Shown: positions 8,425 through 17,156, numbered from the stretch's first letter. The stretch is 33,688 nucleotides of DNA from Parcubacteria bacterium DG_74_1 (GCA_001303125.1 LJNE01000004.1:1-33688); one strand, 5' to 3'. Numbers and translations are program-made. Notes: a model not told the origin generated them from the letters alone.

Positions 8425-9144
8425 ATGAAAAAGGTCTTATTAAAGATAGAAAGCCTTTGGTCAAAAGGGGATAGTGGAGAGATCTTGAGAGGAATTAACC
8501 TCAAACTAGGACCTGGTGAGACTCAGGCGCTTTTGGGTCCGAATGCTTCTGGTAAAAGCACTCTCGCCCAGGTAATCTTGGGGAATCCAAAGTATAAAAT
8601 AATTAGAGGGAAAATCTACTTCTTAGGGAAAGATATCACCCGGTTTTCACCGGAAAGAAGAGCAAAACTTGGGATGGCTTTGGTTTGGCAAATGCCGCCC
8701 ACAATAAAAGGCGTGAAATTATCTGCTCTTTTAGAGAAGATTTCAAAAGAAAAGATAGAAACTACTGAAGGAGAAGAACTTTTAGAAAGAGAGATAAACG
8801 TTGATTTTTCAGGCGGGGAGCGAAAAATCTCAGAAATATTACAAACTATTGCCCTAAAACCAAGGTTGGTTATTTTTGATGAAGTAGATTCAGGGTTAGA
8901 TATTAAAAAAATAGAAACTGTCGCAAAGATAATAAAAAGGGAGCTAATTTCGAGAAAAATAGCTATTCTAATAATTACCCATTCTGGGCAAATTTTGAAA
9001 TTTTTAAAGCCCGCCTTTACCAATGTTTTAGTTAAAGGCAGGATTATTTGTAAAGAAAAAAATTATAAAAAAATTTTAAAGGTCATTGCAAAATATGGCT
9101 ATGAAAAATGTAAAAAATGTCCATTTTTGGCAGGTAGACAATAA
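8425..9144 (+). CDS. sufC: SufC-like ABC ATPase of a minimal Fe-S assembly system (SmsC-like)
   Basis: GPNASGKS, FSGGERK, DEVDSGLD, IITH; C-terminal C-X19-C-X2-C. ATG 8425 preferred over TTG 8362. Confidence 0.85.
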   Translation: MKKVLLKIESLWSKGDSGEILRGINLKLGPGETQALLGPNASGKSTLAQVILGNPKYKIIRGKIYFLGKDITRFSPERRAKLGMALVWQMPPTIKGVKLSALLEKISKEKIETTEGEELLEREINVDFSGGERKISEILQTIALKPRLVIFDEVDSGLDIKKIETVAKIIKRELISRKIAILIITHSGQILKFLKPAFTNVLVKGRIICKEKNYKKILKVIAKYGYEKCKKCPFLAGRQ

Positions 9145-10006
9145 GATAAAAAACATTATTCAGGTTCCAGGGAATGTCATTTTGCCCAGTGCTCAAGCTT
9201 GGCGAAAATTTAACTGGGTAAAGAAATATTTTGATAAAGAGCCGAAAGAAGGTTATTTCATTTGGATTAAAAAACAAGTCGATTCTCCACTAGCTACTTG
9301 CATTAACATTGCTTCTCCAAAAGCTTCCCAGAATTTAACAAATTTAATGGTGGTTGAAAAAGGAATAAAGGTTAAATCAAATGTTATCTGTTCGGCGATT
9401 GGAAATAATTTATGTGGCAGTCACAGGGCGAGGGGCAAATTGATTCTTAAAAGCGGAAGTTCTTTAGAATATAATCATTTCCATCAGTGGGGCCAAAATG
9501 ATTTTGTCTCACCTGACTACGAATTTATTTTAGAAAAAAATTCCCGATTAATTTATAATTACAAAAATTCCTTTCCACCCAAAAACCTTCTTTTAAAAAC
9601 AATTATTCAGAGCGGTGAGGGTTCTTCTTCGAACCTAAACCTAGTTATTAATAGTTTGAATTCTAAAGTGGGAATTTTAGAAAATGTCAACCTTTCTGGT
9701 TTAAATTCTCAGGCAGTAATGAAATTGAGATTAGTTGGAAGAGAGAATAGCCAGACTGAAGCTGTTAGCGTAATTTCAGCCAAATCTCCTTCTCGGGGTC
9801 ACTTGGATTGCCAGGGCTTGGTAGTTAGCCCGAAGGCCAAAATGTCTTTAACTCCGAGATTGATTTGTCAAAATAAAGATGCCCAGTTAACCCACGAGGC
9901 TTCGATTGGAAAAATTTCGGAAGAAGAATTGACCTATTTAAGAATGAGGGGATTAACGGAAAAAGAGGCAATTAACCTGATTGTTGCAGGGTTTTTGAAA
10001 ACATGA
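9095..10006 (+). CDS. sufB: Short SufB/SufD-family scaffold (SmsB-like); start 9095 or 9101
   Basis: GHLDCQGL, THEASIGKI, YLRMRGL-x-E-x-EA, IVAGFL. Confidence 0.85.
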   Translation: MAMKNVKNVHFWQVDNKIKNIIQVPGNVILPSAQAWRKFNWVKKYFDKEPKEGYFIWIKKQVDSPLATCINIASPKASQNLTNLMVVEKGIKVKSNVICSAIGNNLCGSHRARGKLILKSGSSLEYNHFHQWGQNDFVSPDYEFILEKNSRLIYNYKNSFPPKNLLLKTIIQSGEGSSSNLNLVINSLNSKVGILENVNLSGLNSQAVMKLRLVGRENSQTEAVSVISAKSPSRGHLDCQGLVVSPKAKMSLTPRLICQNKDAQLTHEASIGKISEEELTYLRMRGLTEKEAINLIVAGFLKT

Positions 10007-11025
10007 ATAAAAAAGTAGCCTGCTTAATGTCGGGTGGTCTGGATTCTTCGGTGGCGGCAGCCCTCTTAAAGAGGGCTGGCTTTAATCTGGTTGGAGTTTT
10101 TCTGAGGCTCGCCGATTTGCCAAACTTTAAAGAGGGCGAAAAAAGAGCTAAAAAAGTTGCTAAAATTCTGAAGATCCCTTTTTTGTTTTTGGATTTGAAG
10201 AAGGAATTCAAGAAAAGAATTATTAATTATTTTTTAGAAGGATATAAAAGAGGAGTTACGCCTAATCCCTGCGTGGTTTGTAATAAAGAAATAAAATTTG
10301 GGCTTTTCTTGAAAAGGGCCTTTAAATTGGACGCCGACTATCTGGCAACCGGGCATTATGTCCGCCTGCGGCAGAGAAAATTATTAAAAGCAAAAGATAA
10401 AGAAAAAGATCAGTCGTATTTTTTGTGGATGTTAACTCAAAAAGAATTAAAAAGAATTTTATTTCCGATAGGAAATTATACCAGAGAGGAAGTTAGAAAT
10501 TTAGCTAAAGAACTTGGGTTGCCCTCCCTTTTAACTACCTCAAAATCAGTGGAAATCTGTTTTATTCCCAAGACCATCGAAGGTTTCTTAAGGGATCATC
10601 TAAAAACAAAAATTGGCCAGATTCTTGATGTCAAAGGAAAGATTCTGGCTGAGCATCAGGGGCTGCCTTTTTACACCATCGGCCAGAGAAAGAGGATTGG
10701 CTTATCCGGCGGGCCTTATTGGGTTTTAGGCAAGGACTTTAAGAAAAATATTTTGATTGTCAGTAAAAACGAAAAAGATTTGTATAAAAAAGAATTAATT
10801 ATTAAGAATATCAACTGGATTTCGGGCAAAGAGCCAAGGTTACCCCTGAAGGCAATGATCAAAATTCGTTATCGCCACCACCTCGCCTTAGCTGTAATAA
10901 GAAAAAATTTAAAACCCGCAACTTACAACCTAAGATTTAGTCGTCCGCAGCGAGCGATAACGCCTGGACAATCGGCAGTTTTTTATAAGGGTAGCGAGCT
11001 TTTAGGCGGCGGGATAATTTGCTAA
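10003..11025 (+). CDS. mnmA: tRNA 2-thiouridine(34) synthase, CxxC+C type
   Basis: MSGGLDSS, TPNPCVVCN, ATGHY, KDQSYFL, EICF, YTIGQR, RAITPGQ. Confidence 0.95.
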   Translation: MNKKVACLMSGGLDSSVAAALLKRAGFNLVGVFLRLADLPNFKEGEKRAKKVAKILKIPFLFLDLKKEFKKRIINYFLEGYKRGVTPNPCVVCNKEIKFGLFLKRAFKLDADYLATGHYVRLRQRKLLKAKDKEKDQSYFLWMLTQKELKRILFPIGNYTREEVRNLAKELGLPSLLTTSKSVEICFIPKTIEGFLRDHLKTKIGQILDVKGKILAEHQGLPFYTIGQRKRIGLSGGPYWVLGKDFKKNILIVSKNEKDLYKKELIIKNINWISGKEPRLPLKAMIKIRYRHHLALAVIRKNLKPATYNLRFSRPQRAITPGQSAVFYKGSELLGGGIIC

Positions 11026-11046
11026 ATTTTTATTACGTGGTATAAC
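11019..11046 (+). promoter_or_regulatory. Putative promoter of the exporter operon
   Basis: TTGCTA, 16 nt spacer, TGn-extended TATAAC. Confidence 0.4.
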
Positions 11047-11085
11047 TGAAAAGAAAGGTCAAGTTCAATAAAAGCAGAATAAAAT

Positions 11086-12588
11086 ATGTCTAAAAAAACA
11101 ATCGTTATTTTATTATTAGTACTTTTTGTTGGAATTATTGTTTATTTGTTTTTTGGAAGGGGTAAGCCACCAGAAAAAGAATTTTTTGTCGTTGAAAAAC
11201 AAGACCTAGTTCGAGAAATTAGCGTTGTCGGTAAAGTAAAACCGGCGGAAAGTCTCGATTTAGCGCTCGAAAGGACTGGAGTTTTAACTGGTGTTTTTGT
11301 AGAAACTGGAGATAAAATTGAAAGAGGAACTCTTTTAGCGCGGCTTGATATTAGCGATGCTGAAAAAACAATTAAAGACGCCGAGGTAGGGTTAGAAAAT
11401 GCAAAATTAGCCCTGGATAAAATAAATTTACAGCAAGAACAGCTATTAAGAGGTGATACCTTAAACAAAAATTATGAGGACGGACTGACTATTTTATCTA
11501 GTTTTTACGATGAAACAACTGCTATCTTAAATTCTTTAGACGATATTCTTTTCGAGGCCACGTTAGAAGAGGAAAAACAGAATATTGAGTATTATGCGGA
11601 ATACGATGAGCAATTTAGCAATGAACCTAAGCGTCTTTGGCGACTCTATCAAGAAGCGGAGAATTTAAACAAGGATGGCCTCATTGATTATCAGGTAGCC
11701 AAAAGAGGAGAGGGAGATGCTACCAGGAAAGCAATTAATTCAGGACAAAGTCTGACAGTAAAACTTGCTGAAATTATAAAATCAACAAGAGATATTATCC
11801 GTTATCTTCAAGATTATTTCGTAGAAGAGGATTTAGTCCATGAGAAACAGTCAATTATTAGCAGTCACGCCAACACACTTAGTCAATATGATTTAGTTAT
11901 CGATGATTATCTGAAGAACCTCACGACTATAGTTAATGCTATTAATGATTATTATGACAGAATAGAATCATTACCTCTTGATGTAAGAACCCAAGAATTG
12001 CTTGTAAAACAAAGAGAAAATGAGTTGGCTGACGCCAAAAACAATCTGGCAAAATATTTTTTATATTCACCGATTAATGGTGTAGTGGCTAGCTTGGATT
12101 TGAAAAGGGGAGAGATTGTGACGGCTAACGTCCCTGTTATTGAGCTTATTTCTAGCTCGCAGTTTGAAATAGTGGCCGATATTTACGAAGAAGATATTGT
12201 GAAGATAGAAATTGGTGCTCCCGTAGAAATCAGCCTGCCGGCTTTTCCCAAAGAAACATTTAAGGGAAGAGTAATTTTTATTGGTACGGCAGAAAAAATT
12301 ATTGATCGCGTGGTTTACTATGAAGCTAGAATAGTTTTTGATGAAGATTTACCAAAGGGAATAAAGCCTACCATGACAGCGGATGTTGTTATTCAGTCAG
12401 AGAGAAGAAAAAACGTTTTAGTTATTCCTGAAGAAGCCGTAAAGAAGACCGACGAGAAAACAACGGTTGAGGTTTTCCAAGACGGGGAAGTTAAAGAAAA
12501 AGAAATAGAAGTTGGCCTTGAAGGAGACGATGATATGGTTGAGGTTGTTTCGGGCTTAGAAGAAGGAGAGGAAGTAATTTTAGAGTAG
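11086..12588 (+). CDS. Efflux membrane fusion (adaptor) protein, MacA/HlyD family, with long helical hairpin
   Basis: N-terminal TM, V-x-x-GD-x-I-x-x-G lipoyl half, SPINGVV, EEDI, V-x-VVSGL-x-EGE. Confidence 0.9.
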   Translation: MSKKTIVILLLVLFVGIIVYLFFGRGKPPEKEFFVVEKQDLVREISVVGKVKPAESLDLALERTGVLTGVFVETGDKIERGTLLARLDISDAEKTIKDAEVGLENAKLALDKINLQQEQLLRGDTLNKNYEDGLTILSSFYDETTAILNSLDDILFEATLEEEKQNIEYYAEYDEQFSNEPKRLWRLYQEAENLNKDGLIDYQVAKRGEGDATRKAINSGQSLTVKLAEIIKSTRDIIRYLQDYFVEEDLVHEKQSIISSHANTLSQYDLVIDDYLKNLTTIVNAINDYYDRIESLPLDVRTQELLVKQRENELADAKNNLAKYFLYSPINGVVASLDLKRGEIVTANVPVIELISSSQFEIVADIYEEDIVKIEIGAPVEISLPAFPKETFKGRVIFIGTAEKIIDRVVYYEARIVFDEDLPKGIKPTMTADVVIQSERRKNVLVIPEEAVKKTDEKTTVEVFQDGEVKEKEIEVGLEGDDDMVEVVSGLEEGEEVILE

Positions 12589-12629
12589 GTAATGCCATCA
12601 ACGTTCTCGCTGGAAGCGAAGTTCTTATA

Positions 12630-13346
12630 ATGACATCAGAGCCTGTTATAAAACTGGAAAATGTCTGGAAGATTTATCAATTAGGAAAAGTAGAACTCGC
12701 CGCTTTAAGGGGTGTAAGCCTCGATATTAATCGAGGTGATTTTGTGACCATTATGGGTCCTTCCGGTTCTGGGAAATCCACCCTTTTGAATATGATAGGG
12801 AGTTTGGATTTCCCAAGTAAAGGGAAAGTCTTTTTAAAAGGAAAAGACATTTCTTTGATGTCAGAAAATCAATTATCTCAGCTTCGGGGGAAGACTATTG
12901 GTTTTGTTTTTCAGGAGTTTAATTTATTGCCAAATTTAGATGTTTTAGAAAATATCACCTTACCCATGGTTTTTCAGGGACTCAGTTTAGAAAAAAGAAA
13001 AGCCAGAGCCGAGGAGTTAGCTTTATCTCTGGGTTTAAAAGAAAGAATTTTACATCAACCAGCTGAGCTTTCTGGCGGGGAGCGTCAAAGGGTAGCTATT
13101 GCTCGGGCTTTTGCCAATAATCCAGAAGTAGTTATTGCCGATGAACCCACTGGTAATTTAGACTCTATTACTGGAAAGAAAGTAATGGAAATTTTAACTG
13201 ATTTTCACAAAAAAGAAGGGAAGACAGTAGTTGTTGTTACTCACGACCCCAATATCGCAGGTTATAGTGAAAAAATAGTCAATATTAAAGATGGCCAGAT
13301 TACCGTTAATCATCAGCAAGCAGCTGAAGTGTTATGGAGGCATTAA
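12630..13346 (+). CDS. ABC ATPase, MacB/LolD family
   Basis: GPSGSGKST, GFVFQ, LSGGERQRVAIARA, ADEPTGNLD, VTHD. Confidence 0.95.
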   Translation: MTSEPVIKLENVWKIYQLGKVELAALRGVSLDINRGDFVTIMGPSGSGKSTLLNMIGSLDFPSKGKVFLKGKDISLMSENQLSQLRGKTIGFVFQEFNLLPNLDVLENITLPMVFQGLSLEKRKARAEELALSLGLKERILHQPAELSGGERQRVAIARAFANNPEVVIADEPTGNLDSITGKKVMEILTDFHKKEGKTVVVVTHDPNIAGYSEKIVNIKDGQITVNHQQAAEVLWRH

Positions 13347-14563
13347 AAGAATATTTTCATATAGCAGTTAGAAACATTAAGACCAGGTCTTTAAGGAGTT
13401 GGTTGACTATTTTCGGAATTGTTATTGGTGTTTTTTTGATTATCAGCTTACTTTCTCTGAGTGAAGGATTAAAGGCGACTATTAACGAACAATTGCAGGC
13501 CTTGGGAGGGGAAATGGTTATGGTTATGCCTGGAGGAGATGAAGATATTTTTTCCAGCATGATGTTCGGAGGCGCCCAACTGGAAAGAGAAGACATAGAG
13601 GCAATTGAAAAAGTAAGCGGAGTAGATACAGTTCTTGGATACTCTTTTACCGGAACCACTGGAAGGTATGAAGATGAAGCAAAGCAGATTGCTATAGCCG
13701 GCATGGATCCTTGGAAGGAAAGTCTGGAGATATTGGGTATTTTCCAGGGCTGGGATGTGGCTGAAGGAAGATGGCCGGTCAAAGATAATGAGGTTGTAAT
13801 CGGTCAGGTGGTGGCCTATGATGTTTTTTCTAGAGAAATAAAACCCGGTTCCGAAATAATCATAAAAGGAAGAAAATTTATAATAACAGGAATACTGAAG
13901 TCGTTGGGAAGCCGACAGGACGACAGCATAGTTTATATGGCAATGGAATCTTACCAGGATGTAACTGGTGAGAAACGGGGGACAGCAGCTTACGCCATGG
14001 TTAAGCTTGAAGAAGGAGCAGATGAAAATATTGTAGCCGAGGACATAGAGGATACTTTGAGTAAAACAAGAAAGAGACGGTTTGGCAGTGATGAAGAGGA
14101 TTTTTCCGTCATTACATCCGAAAAAATGGGAGATATAGCTGGCAATATTCTGGGAATAATTCAGTTAGTAATATTTTTGTTTGCCAGCGTAGCTATTGTT
14201 GTAGGCGGTATCGGGATTACAAACAGTATGTTTACTTCGGTAAGGGAAAGAACAAGAGAGATTGGGGTAATGAAGGCTATTGGTGCCAAAAATTCAGCGG
14301 TTCTAATCATTTTTCTTTTCGAAGCAGGTATTATTGGATTTATCGGAGGAATTGGTGGAACATTACTGGGAGCTATTTTAGCTAAAGGAATTGAATTATA
14401 CGGGCAGGCGCACCCCGTATTTTATTTCACAGCCTCAATTACCCCCGGCTTGATTATATTCGGTTTGGTTTTTTCTTTTTTTGTTGGCTGTTTATCAGGG
14501 TTTATTCCAGCCAGATCAGCAGCTAAGCTTAAACCCGTTGAGGCCCTGCGCAGATTTGAATAG
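13334..14563 (+). CDS. ABC permease, MacB/FtsX family
   Basis: RSWLT-x-x-GIVIGV, GGIGI-x-N-x-M-x-x-SV-x-ERTREIGVMKAIGA, PAR-x-AA-x-L-x-PVEALR. Confidence 0.95.
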   Translation: MEALKEYFHIAVRNIKTRSLRSWLTIFGIVIGVFLIISLLSLSEGLKATINEQLQALGGEMVMVMPGGDEDIFSSMMFGGAQLEREDIEAIEKVSGVDTVLGYSFTGTTGRYEDEAKQIAIAGMDPWKESLEILGIFQGWDVAEGRWPVKDNEVVIGQVVAYDVFSREIKPGSEIIIKGRKFIITGILKSLGSRQDDSIVYMAMESYQDVTGEKRGTAAYAMVKLEEGADENIVAEDIEDTLSKTRKRRFGSDEEDFSVITSEKMGDIAGNILGIIQLVIFLFASVAIVVGGIGITNSMFTSVRERTREIGVMKAIGAKNSAVLIIFLFEAGIIGFIGGIGGTLLGAILAKGIELYGQAHPVFYFTASITPGLIIFGLVFSFFVGCLSGFIPARSAAKLKPVEALRRFE

Positions 14564-14568
14564 AAAAA

Positions 14569-15693
14569 ATGATTAGACTAGCTTCAATAATTACGATATT
14601 AATATTTCTGATACTTCCTTCTTTATCGCTGGCGGAAGAAGCTCCCGACCTTTATTTTTTTTGGGCAGAAGGTTGTCCTTTTTGTGAACAACAAAAAGAT
14701 TTTCTAAAGGAAATAGAAGAACAATATCCGAGAATAAATATTCGTCAGTATTCAACAGAAGAGCCCGGGAGTATAAATATTCTGATAAGGCTTGTAGAAG
14801 AGCACCCGGGGTCAGAAAGGTATTTAGGGGCAACCCCTATGACTTTTATCGGAGAAGATTTTTTTGTCGGTTTTAGTTCAGAAATAGGAAACGAAATAGA
14901 GAATTCAATAGAAAAATATTATCAAGAGACTGAGATAGAGAATGAAGAAAAAGATACATTTTATTTGCCGATTCTGGGAAACATAAATCCCGAGAAATGG
15001 CCCTTGGGAGGACTGGCTTTAGTGATAGGGTTAATCGACGGGCTCAATATTTGTTCTCTTGGAGCTTTAATCATAATTCTGATTTTAGTTTTTGCCCTAC
15101 ATTCCCGAAAATTAACTATTTTTTTCGGCGGATTTTTTATTTTTATTACTGCTTTAGTCTACGGTTTTTTGATTTTCATTTGGAATCAGTTATTTTCAGT
15201 CTTCCTTCCCTATATGTCTGCGATGGAAATGATAATTGGTTTAGCTGCTTTCCTTGGCGGGTTCTATTTTTTGAAGCAATTCTTTGATTTCAGAAAACAG
15301 GGGCCGGTTTGCCGGATCGAAGAGAATAAAATAATTAGTTCCCTTACTAAAAAGCTTGAAAATTCTTTTAAGGAGAAAAAGAGCAATTGGGCTTTATTAG
15401 GGGGAGTTATTTTTTTTGCTGCTATGGTTACCATAATTGAATTTCCCTGCTCAGCCGTGTTCCCGATTGTCTTTACTGGAATTTTAGCTCAGGCGAACCT
15501 TTCTATCGTTGCCTCTCTCTTTTATATTTTTATTTACCTGCTTTTTTACATGTTAGACGAAATAGCTGTTTTTTTAATCGCTGTTTTTACCAGAAAAATT
15601 TGGATTAATTCTGGGCCCTTTATGACTTGGATAAGCTTTATAGGCGCCCTGGTCTTATTTTTTATTTCCTATTATTATATTTTTGTTTTATAA
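14569..15693 (+). CDS. Exported glutaredoxin/thioredoxin domain fused to a CcdA/DsbD-like transmembrane domain
   Basis: Signal peptide, FWAEGCPFC, TP-x-TFIG; about 6 TMs with DGLNICS and EFPCS cysteines. Confidence 0.75.
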   Translation: MIRLASIITILIFLILPSLSLAEEAPDLYFFWAEGCPFCEQQKDFLKEIEEQYPRINIRQYSTEEPGSINILIRLVEEHPGSERYLGATPMTFIGEDFFVGFSSEIGNEIENSIEKYYQETEIENEEKDTFYLPILGNINPEKWPLGGLALVIGLIDGLNICSLGALIIILILVFALHSRKLTIFFGGFFIFITALVYGFLIFIWNQLFSVFLPYMSAMEMIIGLAAFLGGFYFLKQFFDFRKQGPVCRIEENKIISSLTKKLENSFKEKKSNWALLGGVIFFAAMVTIIEFPCSAVFPIVFTGILAQANLSIVASLFYIFIYLLFYMLDEIAVFLIAVFTRKIWINSGPFMTWISFIGALVLFFISYYYIFVL

Positions 15694-15745
15694 TAAGAAG
15701 GTGACTTTAAAGGTCGAGTAAAATTAGAAATTAATATTAAAGCGT

Positions 15746-16507
15746 ATGGAAGATTTAAAAGGAAAAGTAGCTATTGTTACCGGGGCTAGAAGGGGAATGG
15801 GAAAATCACACGCTCTGAAATTGGCAAAAGCGGGGACTAAAGTAACGGTTTCCGACATATCACAGGAAGAGTGCCAAGTGGTTGTTGACGAGATTCAAAA
15901 AGCTGGCGGCGAAGCTTTGGCAATAAAATGTGATGTCAGCAATAAAAAAGAGGTAGACCAAATGGTCCAAAAGACGGTTGAAAAATTCGGCAGAGTGGAT
16001 ATTTTAGTGAACAACGCCGGCATTTGTCAGTTCAAATCTTTCTTGGAAATGACAGAAGAAGAATGGGATAGGACTCTTAACATTAATCTCAGAGGATATT
16101 TCTTGTGCGCTCAGGCAGTGGCCAAAGAAATGGTAAAACAGAAGTCCGGCGCCATAGTTAACATTGCCTCCGTAGTTATGGGACAGATGGGCAAAGGCAT
16201 GGCCGGCCTTGCTCATTATTCAGCTTCTAAAGGAGGCGTTGCTGCCTTGACTAAGACTTTAGCCTTAGAGCTAGCTCCTTATAACATCAGAGTTAATGCC
16301 ATAGCTCCTGGGGCCATTGATACGCCGATGGCAGCTTCTACCAAAACGGACCCGAAGATACTGGAACAGACCCTAGCCATAATCCCTCTTCATAGAATGG
16401 GAGAAGCAAGGGAAGTCACTAACACCGTTCTATTTCTAGTGTCTAATGCCTCGTCTTATATTACAGGCTCTGTTATTGTCGTTGATGGCGGCTGGCTGGC
16501 CGGATAA
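15746..16507 (+). CDS. Classical SDR oxidoreductase (FabG-like)
   Basis: TGARRGMG, NNAG, YSASK, VNAIAPG, DGG. Confidence 0.9.
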   Translation: MEDLKGKVAIVTGARRGMGKSHALKLAKAGTKVTVSDISQEECQVVVDEIQKAGGEALAIKCDVSNKKEVDQMVQKTVEKFGRVDILVNNAGICQFKSFLEMTEEEWDRTLNINLRGYFLCAQAVAKEMVKQKSGAIVNIASVVMGQMGKGMAGLAHYSASKGGVAALTKTLALELAPYNIRVNAIAPGAIDTPMAASTKTDPKILEQTLAIIPLHRMGEAREVTNTVLFLVSNASSYITGSVIVVDGGWLAG

Positions 16508-16510
16508 TTT

Positions 16511-16547
16511 ACCCTGTTAAACAGTCACTAAGCAAATTTAACAAGGT
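16511..16547. repeat. Short palindromic element (ACCCTGTTAAA...TTTAACAAGGT)
   Basis: 11-bp inverted repeat with 1 mismatch; same arms as 20639-20676. Confidence 0.6.
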
Positions 16548-16549
16548 TT

Positions 16550-16753
16550 ATGTCAAAAATTACCGAAGACACAAGTTTAGCTGATGTTTTAGAGCATCCT
16601 GAAGCAGGAAAAATCCTGGAAAAATATAATTTGCCTTGTTTACAGTGCCCTTTTGCCAAAATCGAGGCAGAAAAATTGAAAATTGGTCAGGTTTGCCAGC
16701 AGTACGGGATTGAAACGAAAAAACTGTTGGAAGAATTAAACAAGATAGGATAA
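16550..16753 (+). CDS. DUF1858-like small CxxC protein
   Basis: KITEDTSLADVL..P..IL..Y.LPCLQCPFA..E...QVC..YGI...LLEELN. Confidence 0.75.
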   Translation: MSKITEDTSLADVLEHPEAGKILEKYNLPCLQCPFAKIEAEKLKIGQVCQQYGIETKKLLEELNKIG

Positions 16754-16764
16754 AATAAGAGGGC

Positions 16765-16811
16765 TTGACTATTATTCTTGCTTAAAATAAGCTAATATAA
16801 GTTGTGGATAA
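16765..16811 (+). promoter_or_regulatory. Putative promoter followed by a perfect DnaA box
   Basis: TTGACT (16765), 17 nt spacer, TAAGCT (16788); TGTGGATAA at 16803-16811 is the reverse complement of TTATCCACA. Confidence 0.5.
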
Positions 16812-16814
16812 CAA

Positions 16815-16894
16815 CCCGGTAGTGAAATTTTGACTCCCCTTGGCTATATTAATGCGTTGCGAAGCAAAACACTAGTCAAAATTCTACTACCGGG
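16815..16894. repeat. Long inverted repeat / leader hairpin
   Basis: CCCGGTAGTGAAATTTTGACT pairs with AGTCAAAATTCTACTACCGGG (19 Watson-Crick pairs, 1 GU, 1 mismatch). Confidence 0.75.
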
Positions 16895-16937
16895 AAAAGG
16901 TCGAGTTTGAAAATTTAATTTTAATATATTTTGGACT

Positions 16938-17099
16938 ATGGCAACAACAGCATATTGCGTAAAATGTAAAGCAAAAAGAGAAATGGAGAATGCAAGGGAG
17001 GTTACCATGAAGGGTAAAGGTGGAGTAAAAAGAAGAGCGATGACCGGAACTTGTCCCAAGTGCGGAACGAAGATGTTCCGAATTTTAGGGAAGGCCTAA
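16938..17099 (+). CDS. Small Zn-ribbon protein, DUF5679-like (53 aa; not in ORF track)
   Basis: MATTAYCVKCKAKREMENAREVTMKGKGGVKRRAMTGTCPKCGTKMFRILGKA*. Confidence 0.85.
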   Translation: MATTAYCVKCKAKREMENAREVTMKGKGGVKRRAMTGTCPKCGTKMFRILGKA

Positions 17100-17156
17100 A
17101 TATACAAAGAACAACGGGCACTGTCGCCCCAAAAATTTTGCAAGAAGAAATATAAT

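Noticed and set aside
15746-16507. fabG / fatty-acid synthesis
   Set aside because: Generic SDR motifs only, with no other fab or acp genes, so the substrate cannot be assigned.
16803-16811. Replication origin suggested by a DnaA box
   Set aside because: Only a single perfect box, with no box cluster or dnaA/dnaN nearby.
16844-17059. Minus-strand 71-aa ORF
   Set aside because: It is antisense to the convincing + strand Zn-ribbon gene at 16938-17099.
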